A stretch of DNA of 64,000 nt, taken from assembly GCA_002633005.1 (NCBI GenBank), contig NMRA01000089.1:939842-1003841 (forward strand). The letters run 5' to 3'. Source of the DNA: Phoronis australis (Eukaryota; Animalia; Phoronida). Both the position numbers and the translations under genes were made by a program. This document shows, piece by piece, positions 41,771-54,500 of this stretch (position 1 is the first letter of the stretch; the number at the start of each line of letters is the position of its first letter). Below the pieces are notes generated by a model that was given only the letters and a program-made list of their open reading frames with translations, was not told the DNA's origin and did not search any database.

Positions 41771-43495
41771 TTAACTTTTGCATGGGCTGATCCTCTTGAT
41801 ATGGTGGCAGTAAGATTGGTCCTGATGTGGGCGTCAGCTTCACATGTGTATCATGGGGGGTTGGACTCGTAGGCGTCTCGGCAGAGGATTTCGTTAGTTG
41901 AATCAACGGAGAATTCGGCGACGGTGGTTGATTCATGGTGGCATTGCACAACGAGGTGTGGTGTTTCTGTCCGCAGTTGCGACAGGAAAACTTGGATGAG
42001 CAATCTCGTTTCAGGTGTCGGTCAGATAAACAGTTGAAGCACAATCGAGCTTGTTTCACGATGTCCTGTCGTTTTTTGACATCGCTCACGGATGTACACT
42101 GATTAGCAGTGTGACCTTGGTTACAAAAAATACATCTGGGTGAGCGCTGAGACAGCTATCTATGTTGTGGGTTCTGGTGGGTGTTGGTCCTCGGGTTGGG
42201 ATACTTCGGTGGTGTGTACCTCGGCTGAGGGGGGCGTCTATTGCCACTTGAAGTTGAACCATAATTTGGTCTTGGGCGATTCCCAGTATAAAAGGTAGAA
42301 GTTGTATAAAAATCTGTACTTACATCAGTAGTTGTAAAATTTCCAGTTTGGTTGGCCTTGATCTCCTTGTCAAGGGCATTCATCATTTGTTGGACGGACC
42401 ATTTTTCTCCGACATGGTCACGATTTAATTGAATTTGCACATCCTTCGGTATCTTTTGGCTTATGATGGTCACAAGCACATGGTCTTGGGCGGCGACTTG
42501 TCCTAGGGTCTCTAAACCACGTAGGCACATGTTAACACTGTCGTGGAATTGACGTAAGTTGGCCACATCAGATGAGGGCGCAAGGATGTTCAGCAAAGCT
42601 GTAGTGTAATGAGTTACTAGATCTTCAGTGTTACCATACCTGTCATTCAGTTGCTTCAAGGCGGCTTCATAGGAATCGTTTGATAGTGGCAGACCTTCTA
42701 TGACTTTGGCGGCGTCACCAGAGAAGTTTCTGGATCGGGACAAGAGTGGCATCTTTATGAATAACAGCTTCGAATGAGTGGTAGAATTCCAACCATTTCA
42801 GTTGGTCTCCAGAGAATACGGGTAGATGCAGTTTTGGGAGGTTGGTCGTCGTCTTGGGCGTGGATTTGATCGGTGTTGGCGTNCAGTTGCTTCAAGGCGG
42901 CTTCATAGGAATCGTTTGATAGTGGCAGACCTTCTATGACTTTGGCGGCGTCACCAGAGAGTTGAGCGCGTAGATATTGAAGTTTCTGGATCGGGGCAAG
43001 AGTGGCATCTTTATGAATAACAGCTTCAAATGAGTGGTAGAATTCCAACCATTTCAGTTGGTCTCCAGAGAATACAGGTAGATGCAGTTTTGGGAGGTTG
43101 GTCGTCGTCTTGGGTGTGGCTTTGATCGGTGTTGGCGTTGTTGTCGAGATATTTGACTCACTTGTAGGTGTGTTTTGACATGTATTCGTCTTGCGGTGGA
43201 ATCTGATGTCCCGAAGCTGTTTTTCGACTTCATCCAAGTAGGACTGCATATCTTCTGCATAATTATCTAGTTGGTCTGGGTCGACGTATTGGGCGTAGTT
43301 GGTGAACAGTTCGGTCACTGTTTTGATCTTTCCGTGTAGAACATCCATGTATTTCGCGAGTTGTAGTGCTGCGTCCGGTGTGTCTTCGTCTTGTTCCATG
43401 AGGTTATGAGAGGCCTTCACAATCTGTGTGATTTGCCCTTTGATGGCTCTCCTTCGGAAGAAGTTCATTCTGGCATCTTGGCAGTTGACATCCAT
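41770..43495 (-). pseudogene. gag: BEL gag with three zinc knuckles and an internal duplication
   Basis: LPKLHLPVFSGDQLKWLEFYHSF..IH..KLQYLRAQLSGDA; CIFCNQGHTANQC, CFNCLSDRHLKRDC, CRNCGQKHHTSLC; 42648-42882 repeats 42884-43138. Confidence 0.92.
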
Positions 43496-43499
43496 CTTG

Positions 43500-43514
43500 G
43501 GTCACTCGGCACCA
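43500..43514 (-). promoter_or_regulatory. Primer-binding site of the BEL element
   Basis: TGGTGCCGAGTGACC 4 nt inside the 5' LTR, close to the tRNA-His-type TGGTGCCGTGAC. Confidence 0.7.
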
Positions 43515-43518
43515 GCAT

Positions 43519-44005
43519 TGATGGAAATATCGGCAATGTGGAGACACAGATTCCACAAGTGTGGGGATGGTCGTGGTAGTATAGTTGGGGGGTTACCCGG
43601 TTCTTGGTTGAACGGTAGATAGTTGGCTAACAAGGTAGCAACAGCAAGTCGATGGAGAGCAGCATAAAAACTAACACAGTCGTTGAGTTTCTACTGACAC
43701 ACAAAGTTTATTAACTCTAGCTACAATATATATAGTGAATAGAAATATGTGTTGGTTGTGAGTGCAAAACAACAACAATATTGAGAGTTCCGGTGATTTC
43801 ATCCAACTCATAAACATGAATGGAGTCTGGGCAGCTGTTTGGCATATAGGGTTTCACTATGAGTGAGCACTGGTCAGTGAAATAGTAAACAACAACACAA
43901 GATGTCCGAAATTGTTATATAACATAAACTGTTTTGTTGGGATAGTTGTACGTCATAGGAAATGATGAAATTTGCACTTAATTAACTTCATGAGAATTCA
44001 TGACA
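43519..44005 (-). repeat. 5' LTR of the BEL element
   Basis: TG...CA, 487 bp, direct repeat of 38690-39176. Confidence 0.97.
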
Positions 44006-45780
44006 CAACTCTTTCTTTACGCAGATACGTTTTCTGCCCGTGGGCACCGACTTGCTGAATTCATCAACCAAACATTTATTTTTGAAAATGCCCTCAAAAG
44101 TGTACTTTTTGAAACCCCGTGTTGACCATAGTCGTCAGTGTAGAAAAACGAAATGAACAAATTTGTACAAACTGCTCAAAGCACTTTTGTGGACATACGG
44201 AAATGCCAACGTCTCTGTCTTACAACGCTGCGTGTGCTTGTCATTTCTGATAAAGCATTCTCATGCTGGAAAGTTTTCAAGACTGAGCCCCGTCTCAAAA
44301 AATGTATTTCTTCTTACAGCTGAGCACAGAAGAATTATTCTGCGTCTTTAGGACTGAAACGGAACCAAATCTCGAGTGGTGACTCATTAGAATGGACAAA
44401 ACTCGGGGAGGGGTGGCGATACAAGCATGATTTTTTTATTTTGCGCCAAACATGTAGTTGCCACTTCTCATTCAGCGTCACTTACCACCTGAGGTGGCCA
44501 GATGATACGCTATAAATACCACCGGACGCTTTGCTTCTCAAAAGTGAACCTTGGTGTGTTTTCTATCATTATTTGCCATCGCATTCGCTTTACCAAAGAT
44601 TCACGCACATATCCCTCGTAGTGGCAAATACCTCTTCACCACGTATTCACATCTTCCCGTTCACAATTGTTTGATTTTACATAATTTTTCAATATGTTGT
44701 TGACAGAAAATATTTATTTTTGGAACAACGTGAACGACCAACTGATAGGGGCTTACGTGTACATGTAACTAGCCCAGATTTTAACGTCACCGATACATGA
44801 AAACAGAATGCGCAAAGCTACAATTAATTGGCTGTAGCCTCAACAGTGGTCATTCCGTGTTTGATGTCACTGCCATAGTCCGTGGAAATCGTATCCATAG
44901 TATGATTTCGAAGTTAGAGCCATCGAAATACGTGGGTGTAGGGCATACTGGACGGTTAATTTCGCGTCTGTACTGCAAGGGTCAATACTATGAAAATAAA
45001 AACCCCGGAGTGAGAACTCTTCGCGGTGTAACAACTCACTCACTAATCCTTCATCATGGGCGTGTGATAGGAGACCGGTGAATATCTTAAAACACGCTAA
45101 AATGATACAGTTTGGCGTGACACAAACAAAATCAATTGTGGGCGAAGATTGCGATCAAAAGCCGCGTTTACAAAATGACTATACAGCGTTGTATTGACCG
45201 GGAAGCAACCAATCTAATACATTTGTTAAAGTCACGAGTCAAATTAAAGATCAAATATAAAGAAAACTTTCACGTTTTTCATCCAAAAACTTGTTGCATT
45301 GTCCATAATCCAATTTTTACATGACTATTACTGCTTGCCTTCAACCTTCGAATTAGTGGTGTCACACAACCGACGTGAACTCATGTAACCGAGACAGCAA
45401 AACTAGGTTAACCTATTTGACCCTGTGCTAAGACGAATATGCATCGACACGCAAAGTGGTATGAGCCTGACAACCTATTACGCAACTGCTACTCTAGCCT
45501 AAAAATAGCAGCCGACCAGCTGGTGGGCTGATGGCCGGTCGGCTAAAGGGTCGGCTGAAGGGTCGGCTGGGGAGTCGCCTTATGAGTCGGCACTGCGGCC
45601 GGCTGCCGGTCGGCTAATTTTTAGCCGACCGGTCGGCTAATTTGCCGACCGGTCGACAGCCATGCGTCGACCAATTTCCGACCGGGCGGACAAAAATTCG
45701 TGATGTGTGCTGTAATTGCCGACCGGCCTTCAACCGACCCGCTGGTCGGCTGCTATTTTAGGATAAAGAAGCAGTTGCGT

Positions 45781-46000
45781 AATATATCAAATAAACACAG
45801 ATCAATCAGGAACCCCAACCGGGAATCGGACCACAGGTGTTTAGATTGCCAATCAAGTACAATCTATAGACCTGTGGTTCGATTCCCAATTGGGGCTCTT
45901 GTTTTTCTGTGTTTATTTGATATATTTCATTACTTGGAGTTAACTAGAATCCCGATGTAGTGTGTTCGTGCCCCAAAGGGCTCGTAAAGCTCTATCCTTG
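45781..46000 (+). mobile_element. tRNA-like hairpin plus degenerate hammerhead-like motif (Penelope-like terminal fragment)
   Basis: Inverted repeat 45781-45926 containing the B-box GGTTCGATTCCC; then CCCGATGTAG..GTGCCCCAAAGGGCTC-GTAAAGCTC. Confidence 0.45.
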
Positions 46001-46979
46001 GTGCAAATTTGTTTACTAAATTGTATATACAAGTTAACACCGTTGTATAGGTAACTGCCGACCAAATAAAATTTCCCTTGGATTATCTAAATTATTGACC
46101 GGCGTTGCAAAAATTGCATTTCTACCACTATTCTGATGCTAAAATTGTGGTGTGATTTTTTGCATCGGCTTTCTGCGCAATAAAATACGACGTCTTCAAC
46201 TATTTACCATTTTTTCCCAGACTCTTCAATCAAAAGTTCTCCCTCGAGGTTGCGTAAACGTCACATCAAATGATCAGAAGTGGTTTCATTATACGTTTTT
46301 ATAATTAGGATATCAGTAAACCTAATTTTAGAACAAATTTTTGCTGCAACGCAATCATCTTCTCATTGCATATGTGGAAAAATTCTGGAAGTGGCACGTG
46401 TAGCGAATGCACTCCTTTCAAAACAACGACATAGTTTTATTCATTACTAAAGGCGGAGAATTACGCAAAAAAATGACGTTTGATATTTTTCGCTTAAGCA
46501 CCTGTAGCGGAAAAAGTGACTGTCAATACTTACTCTCAGATATTGCATGCACACCAGCCTGTTTTTAGTTTATGGTAATACAAGTTTCTCGAGAAGATGA
46601 CGAGCTGTCCGGGCTGTGTTTAATTTTGGGGTCTGTCGGAGCTCAATACACAGTGGCACCTTGCTGTCGTTTGAAGATTAAATTGATACAGCTAGGTGGC
46701 TGGATAGGAAGGCTCATACTTCGACACGATGTTTTTACTCCGAAAGTGACAACAAATTCAGAATGGTGTATTATTATCTTTGACACTATAACCGATCACA
46801 TTCTTCCGTTTTCATTCCTCCATGTTCGTAATATCTACACTATGTTGCTTGTATATTGTTCCTTAAACAAAAGTTGGTTTATTGCTGTACAAACATATTA
46901 AGTATTCCTACAAAAATAAACAATAATAAGTCTGTGGGAAAGCGCAATACGCAACGTGTTGAAGTTATCATCAAGGTCT

Positions 46980-47900
46980 TACTTCATGAATACTGATTGG
47001 CTGCCGAACAAATACGGACCCTAATAAGGACAACGCGCATTCTGATTTTGTCAATTGGCACAAGTGACCAGCTTCGTTTATATCTGTCGTTAGCAACCAG
47101 AAACAACAAGCAGCCATTTTGACGGCTTGATTACATCAGATTTGATTTTGATCGGAAGTTTATTGCGTCTCTTTGATGCAACACAGATTGAAAATGGGGT
47201 AAAAAGAACGAGCGGTGAAGCAACCTTTTGAACTAGCGAAGGGGGAAGGAAATACATGTAACAGCTTTCAAAAGCACGTGAGGCAAATTCCACATTCAAT
47301 AAGGCGCAAGTCAACGATTCGGCCAGTGTGTCTGGTTATAACGAATGATAATTGTCGTAGGACAGTTCAAACTGTATTATATCTGACTTTGAAAGAATTG
47401 TTCCAGACTCTACTTCCAGAAGAAAACTTACTAACGTTTAGTTGATACCCACGATAATAATAAGTTGAGTGGTAAGGAAATCGATATACAGACTGGTTTT
47501 TACTTGACCTGTTGACCTGTAGATGTTCCAGTTGAATAACAACATAACATGTTCCGGCCTGGGTGTTCTGCATTATTAAATCGTAAAATTGTGCCAATAA
47601 TTAACCACAGAGATTCAGAAAATACATTGGAGAACAAGTCAATGCATCAAAGAGCTGTCTGTTTTTTTTTCGGAAAACTAGGGTCGAATCATGATAAGCA
47701 AATATGGTTAATTTGGAGAGATCTTGTTGCGGATTAGGTACATGCTGAATGCAGATTTACCTTTCTTGTAGTAAACTTTTGATGAACGTGCTTTCAACAT
47801 GAAGCAGTTCATCTCCTTGTATTTTGACGAGTTCAACTTATGTTTGACAGTGGTGGCTCATCGCATACTGCTGTCAGGTGCAAGTCACATCTGGTTTAAA
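46980..47900 (+). mobile_element. Crypton-like tyrosine-recombinase element relic
   Basis: CTGATTGGCTG and CGTTAGCAAC terminal-type motifs; broken frames give KLGSN..KQI and DE.QL....GHR.TAVR.K, like the DEQLIxxxTGHRSxAVRxYK end of Crypton recombinases. Confidence 0.5.
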
Positions 47901-49171
47901 GTGTTGATCAAGAATAGTGATATCATGCTTAGCCCTGGTAGTGAGGTAGGGACTACCGGGACTAACAAATGATTTGTCATTGATCTGCAAGAATGATAGA
48001 TGTTTTTAATGATGTTTTAATTAAAATGCAAAACAGGCTGATCATTGAGACTAAAAATCATTTGAACACCAATTCTGCTCAATTAGATTTAACAACTATG
48101 TACATGTGTTAGGCTTCAAATATCAATCTGGACATGTTGAATTTTAAACTTAAAACACCTAATTCTTTCGTCCAAAGCATTAACTGAAAAATATCCCCTT
48201 CGTTTTAGAGCTCAATTTCAGTTATTTGGACAGATCAAGCATGGTTGTAATGTTTATTCAGGGGCCTCGTTCATCGAAGGGGAAAGGTGTCTCTGCGTTC
48301 TGATAGGAGAACTTGTCTCCGGATGAGGGGAAAAATCTACCTCGCGATCACCATGAATAGCACACCCGCCCTGTTGTGAGCTCTCAAAGGCTCTGTTTAT
48401 AGCAGCATTTTGTGCTCTTTCAAATTGTCAAACTGTGTGGTTACAGCTGATTTGAACTTCGAGAACTAATTATTAGTCATTTAGTCAAATTTTTAGCCCT
48501 CGTGGGGGAAGAATTTTGCGTGAGTTTTCAATATTTTTTATAAGGATTAAGGCTTATATTTGGAAAAAAAACTTAGAGGACTTGAGGGTCCAGTACTTTT
48601 TGGAAAGAAATGTATCATACATTGTAGTTCAACCCGTAGTCATTAAAACAGACTGATGGTCGAAGATTCACCGGTTGTTGATGTGACAACCGGCAACCGA
48701 GACACGACAAACTGTGATCAAACTTTCGAAAAAATATCAAGTTACCCTGAAACATTTCCCTTTGTCGCAGCGTATAGCAACTGCCCAACTCTTTTAAAAG
48801 GCGTTAAACGATTTTTAAAAAAGAGTTGAATGTCTGCGTCTTTCACCGTTCGAGCAATGTGGAGCACAAATATGCATAGTGAGCATTCTTTTGGAGAGCG
48901 CTTCTTGTCTGCTTGATTTAGGCGTATACAAGTCTATGGTCAAATATCGTGTGATACAAGGTGAAATGCCTCTCGTGTGGTTGGATAATATAACTGTTAG
49001 CGGCAATCAGTCATTACAAAGATATCGGGACTTCTGTAACTTAGTAGCGAGAGCATTAGACCGACTCTCTAGAAACCTGTGGTTTGATTTCGAGGTGGTG
49101 TTCTATAACTTTACCGTTATTTGATTTACATATATGCTGATCGTGAAATTAATTTCATTTTTCATTTTCAG

Positions 49172-49207
49172 ATACCACTAATTCACCTGGAAGTGGAAGA
49201 GTTGTCG
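49172..49207 (+). CDS. Candidate 36-bp Ser/Thr/Pro-rich stalk exon of the Ig-domain gene
   Basis: Acceptor TTTCATTTTTCATTTTCAG|, donor |GTATGT, phase 1-1; splices in frame to 14972 giving ...LVVG-NTTNSPGSGRVV. Confidence 0.55.
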
Positions 49208-49295
49208 GTATGTCGATCACTTTTCTCGAAGATTAGGCTTATTCTGTTCTTTGGTGACATAGAGCTAAGCATACGTAACTAGAAAATTACTTTAA

Positions 49296-50332
49296 AGAGT
49301 TCCCACCATGCATTGAGGTTTCATTTGTCTAATATTAAGTGAATACCACTTTTAATGCCAAAGAATAGCAAAATTTTAAATTTTGAAGACAAATTAGTCA
49401 TTTCCAACTTTCCTACCAAATGATGTAATGGGTGAAAGAGATCTGGTCACTTGTCAATCATTTGCAAAGGCAGAACACACCAGATCAGCAGACAAAGACT
49501 ATCTTGAGCGATAACTGGACGATTATTATGCAGACAGGGAATTGAGAGGATAGCAGCATCACTCAAGTGCTTGAAGAATCAGAAGTAGAATCCGATTTCC
49601 CACTAAGTGATCTTTCCCCATATGTACTCGATCCACCTGTACGAGGAATGCTGCAGACATGTATGAGCCACAACCAACTGAACCAAAGGTTAATCATTTT
49701 CCAAAAATAGACACTGACAAAGGGGACAGTAGACCTAGGTCACTGGTATACACTATTGCCATGATGAACCCATGGTCTAAACACAATGCATAGGCGTACA
49801 CGTGTCGTAGTAATCAATCTGGGCCTGGACCTTGGATCATTTGCACCAGAATTGAAGGAGTACTTTATAAAATTTGCAAATGCACTTACATGGCGGAAAG
49901 TACGTCATCATATTGGTCGAAATACTAGTAATGGGTCGGACAAAGTTTGGCTGCCAGCTGAGTCAGATGCTCCACACTGACACGCAACACTTACGTGCAG
50001 TGCACAAAACCGATCTCCTTTCTGTGCAACTTTCACGTATTCAGCAAATTTGAACGCGGAGAAGTACTCAGTCAAGTTGCTGTTATTACAGCCTTCACAA
50101 ACGCACCTGTTTATGTTTGAAAGGGGGTCTATCCGAAGACTTTCCTGACAACTCGGCCCTAAGTATCGCTCTGGTAAAAACAACAATGACTGGGACGGTC
50201 TTCCAGTATTACGGACAACCCCATTAACAAAGGGATATTTTTGTCTTGTTTCTTAGCAACAGGTACACCAAATAGTATTAAGATGTACTGTTTTAATAAT
50301 TTTTTGAAACACATGATCTTGGTGGGAACTTT
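49296..50332 (-). mobile_element. Non-autonomous Kolobok-like element with THAP relic, TTAA TSD
   Basis: TTAA|AGAGTTCCCACCATG ... CTTGGTGGGAACTTT|TTAA; minus-strand NRCVCEGCNNSNLTEYFSAFKF is a THAP-like start. Confidence 0.8.
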
Positions 50333-51536
50333 TTAACGACAAGCAGTAACAGCGTCATTTACTCAACAACATAATTTCATTAGTTGTTGATATCTGTAAG
50401 AGGCATCAGTTGAAATATATCTTATTTAAGTAAAAATATATTGATCAGTCTCTCGGGAAACTAGGGCGCAACATCGTCACATATATATTGGTGGATAGGC
50501 GTACCTTTTTGTTCTCTTTGTTTTTTTTTCCTCATAATAAAGATACTGGCAAGACTCAACAAAAGGAAACAAGAGTGACGTCCCATAGGCTATAACCATA
50601 CTACGTGCTTAAATGGATCGCACAAGTTAAACAATAGTTTGCAAAATACACATATCATGTGACTTGGATGTGCAATTACTTGAGGAAAATAGCAAATGCA
50701 AAAGGAAATCATACCGAATTAAAAGACTAACAAAACCTAAAAACTGACAAAAGCTTAACAAGAGAACAAATTAAATCGAATGTCTTAGCAGTGTATTCAA
50801 AAACAAGGTTGTCTGAAAATAGACTGACACAGTTTTTAGTTGTATTGTTACTCTGCGCGTGTGAGCGCAGAGTACTGTTGTTCCTGGGTTTTCTTCAATT
50901 TTATTCTTATTCTTCATATTCTTCTGATTCTTCTTCCGACCAACTTTGAGGCTTAATAACTCCAAAATGGGTGTTGGTACGGTCTTTAAATTCACAGTAT
51001 GATTTTTGACAGTATATCAATTTTGAAACGTTATGCAATCATATTCTATATTGCACCGGAAGATGTCGTTTGGTGCAAAGGTCGTATAATTTTGAAAATG
51101 TATCTGTTTAGGTTTAAAGCAATCTTTTTCAAAGTCGGTGCACAGGTATAAGTCATCAACACAATTAAAAAAAAAATACTTTTCTGAGTAATTAAATCAT
51201 CCAATCAGATAAATTAGGTTAAAGGTCATTAGGTGCAAACTGAAATTTTGAGCTAGACTCTTCAAATTCACAAGTCTCATTGGTACGTCCAATTCAACTC
51301 GAAATAAAAGTTTCAGGTCATTTAGTGCAATCATGGGGTCATTAGGTGCATTTTTGTTCTGGAAATTTGTCCTATTTATTCACCAAGTATTCTGATGTGT
51401 GGACCGTTAGACAACTGTGATTCTCAACATTAAATACTACTTTTTACGAGCTTTGGAATGAATCTCCTTAAGATGCTTATAATGCACCGGATAGGGTCAA
51501 TTAGTGCAAAGGTCACATAACGTTCAAAATGTGATA

Positions 51537-54500
51537 CAGCACACATCACGAATTTTTGGCCGACCGGTCGGAAATTGGTCGACGACCGGCCGTCGACCGG
51601 TCGTCTAGCCGACCAGCAGCCGACCAACAACGGTCGGCTAGGAGCCGTCTACTGAGTCGCTTCTGTGGTCGGCACTTGGGTCGGCTAAGTGGTCGCCTAG
51701 CGTAGACGACCAATTCGGATTAAGCGTGCCCTTGGTCGGCAATTACCATTTTATGACTTAACGGGTGAACTTTGGCCAAACAAACATTTTACTGTTCGCT
51801 GTTCGTTCACCACTGGCAACTCAGGTCTTGACATCGGTTTATAAACTTTTGTTCAACTATTGAAAGGAAATAAAATCGAATCAACCTACAAATACGAAGT
51901 GCGTGACATTACACCAGCCTAAAACTTTATGTTGAATTAATGACGGCGTGGTAAAATCAAACGTTAAGTGATATCGCGGAAGCATAATTTCTAAATTTAG
52001 ATATGAGACTTTTTATACAGTACATTTTGCACAAAAACAAGCACGAAATTTGAAATTTACAGTAAAATTGCATAACAATCAGAATACAACACTCAATACA
52101 CGACCTCAAGTGTTTTCATGCAGCGGAATGCTCAACAAGCATCACGCATTTGCGCTCATCCGTTATTGCTCTTGATGATCACTTCATCACGCTGTATATT
52201 GCGATTTACCACAGATAATTATTGCTTATTTCTGTATAATTTCTTAATATGTTGGTACAGCAATAGAACCCAATTTTATTTTAGAAACAACATAAACAAT
52301 GGTTTGAACATAGCGCCGATATTAAAGCATGGGCGCATGAAAACGGAAGACTGATCGGTTTATAGTGTCATCCATCATCCATCATCATTCAGAAATTGTT
52401 GTCACTTTCGCAGTAAAACATCTTTTCGAAACTAGAGCCTTCCTATGTAGCCAGCTAGTTGCATGAAGACTATTTTCAAAATACAGCAAGGTGCCACTGC
52501 TTATTGAGACCAAACAGACCTCGATACTTCACACAGCCCGGATAGTTACGTTTGTCACCTCGTCGAAAAACTTGTATCAACATGAGCTCAAGACTGGCGG
52601 GTGTGCATGCAAAATCTGGAAGTCAATTGGCATTCAAGTTGCCCGTTACGGCCGTTTAAGTGAGAAACATCCGACGTCATCTTCTTGCGTAATTCTCTGC
52701 CTTTTTAACGAAAAAACGTATATCGTCGTTTTGAAAAAAGTTCATTGTGACACGCGCCACTTCCAAAATGTTTTCAACATCTCCCATTAGATGATGAACA
52801 CATCTCAGCAAAATTTGTTCTAAAATTCGGTTCACTGATATCAAAATTCCAAAAACATATAATGAAGTGAAACCAATTCTGATCATTTGTTGTGACGTTT
52901 ACGTAACCTCGAGGGAGAACGTTTGATTGAAGAATCTGGGAAAAAGAAACTGGCTAAAAGGTGACGCAATATTTCATTGGGGCGAAAGTCGACGCATAAG
53001 ATCACAACATAACTTTAGCAGCAGAATAATTGTAGAAAACCATTTTTTGCAACGCTGGTAAATAATTTAGTTTACTCTAGGAAGATTTTATTCGGTCAGT
53101 TTTTACCCACAATGGCGCAAATTTGTATATTTAATTTAGTAAACAGCTTCGCACCAAGGCTACAGCCTTCCGAGCCCTTTCGCGTAAGAACACAATACTT
53201 GGCGTTTCGCGTATACTCCAAGGGGTAAAACTTTGAAAATAATATTTTCGGGGTAACCTGGTACATGTAATCCTAAAAAAAGTAGTCTGTGTTTTCATGT
53301 AGAGCGTAAAATGATTAACCCATTGATTCAAAAAGAACACTCTCGCAAACGAAAACGCACACAATTTTCAGCTATATTACACTGGTTAAAAAACAACTTC
53401 TATAAGTTGATTGCATCGGATTCTAGTGATCACAGGGCAAGTCAAAACTCTTAAAGGGGCGCAATTTCAAACCTTTGGCATGAATCAGTGATATAAAAAT
53501 GGAAATACATGTAGACCGACTTTAGTTCATCAGCAATCTAGACACAACAGTTACAGACACTCACTGCGTTTGTTAACGTCTTGTGGCAATGATAAAAATA
53601 ATTTTTTCTACTATGATTGATAACAAGTTTTACTCTGATGAGGTATGATGCAATATGCACGTCTGATATGCAGAGTCAGCAGTTGCAAAAATATTTACTG
53701 GGTTTAATGAATCCGTTTGTTATGAACCACTGCAAAAGTATAATTACTAATTGTACATTCGAAGCACGCCTCATTAGAATAAAAACATACACATGCTTGA
53801 TGATCCTGGGAGTACCTCTTTTACAGGCATGAATGAAGATATATAGTTGTTAAGCCATAGAGGATAATAAAGCTTAGATAATATCACACTGAGCCATGTA
53901 CACCAGGCATATACAAAGGATACAGTATTTCAAAAGAAGCCTCAACTACTCATTTTTCATAGTCATAACTACTCATTTTTCATAGTATTACTAAATCACG
54001 AACACCTAGATTTATATTAGAAGTTACATAGTACGATGCTACACAACCTGCTCTCCCCCCATTTATGGGAGGCCTAATTTTAAACATTTAACGACATATC
54101 TTTTCTATGCATGATTAAAACCAAGCAAAACATGCAAACTCTCCAGGACCAAAAATAAATATCTCAAAACCAGACATTTTACTTAAGCAGGAATTAAAAC
54201 AATCCAATACATTGAGATTGTTTTCACACAGAAGACCAAAGAGCAAATAAAGACCAAATTCACCACGTCAAGACTGAAAATTTATCACATCAGCACCTAT
54301 AATTTATCAAGTGAGGACCAAAAATTCTTCACTTCAGGATCAAAATAAAATACGACCGAACTGAAAATTTAATAAGTCAGGTTCAAAAACTTACCATGTC
54401 AGTAACTTTCACGCCAGAACACCACGTCACCATCCCCAAGCATTGATCTTTCAAAGTGATACTGTCCGTACTATACTAAACAAGGGCTATATATTCAACC

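Larger units (their letters stand above)
38690..44005 (-). mobile_element. BEL/Pao LTR retrotransposon, recent insertion, 5-bp TSD CAACT
   Basis: Two 487-bp TG...CA LTRs; CAACT at 38685-38689 and 44006-44010; empty site GCAACTCTTT in copies A and C; gag-protease-RT-RNase H order. Confidence 0.97.
35208..45712 (+). mobile_element. 5.2-kb Tc1/mariner-type element, copy B (interrupted by a BEL LTR element)
   Basis: TA|CAGCACACATCACGAATTTTTG ... CAAAAATTCGTGATGTGTGCTG|TA; collinear with copy C once 38690-44010 is removed. Confidence 0.93.
35029..46975 (-). mobile_element. Old inverted copy F of the 5.2-kb family (pieces 35029-35205, 45715-45780, ~46010-46975), host of copy B
   Basis: Diverged terminus TA|CAGTAAACATCACGGATTTTTG; the GCCGACC array resumes after copy B; 46010-46975 is a diverged reverse complement of ~35870-36830. 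Confidence 0.8.

Noticed and set aside
45840-45895. Functional tRNA-Gly(GCC) gene
   Set aside because: No D-arm/A-box or acceptor stem; only a tRNA-derived half inside a hairpin.
48950-49030. GEMPLVWLDNITVSGNQSL resembling an SRCR motif
   Set aside because: Lacks the SRCR cysteines and convincing splice sites; likely chance.
50542-50596. Possible further host exon (DTGKTQQKETRVTSHRL*)
   Set aside because: Weak acceptor context and no membrane anchor or good donor; not supportable.
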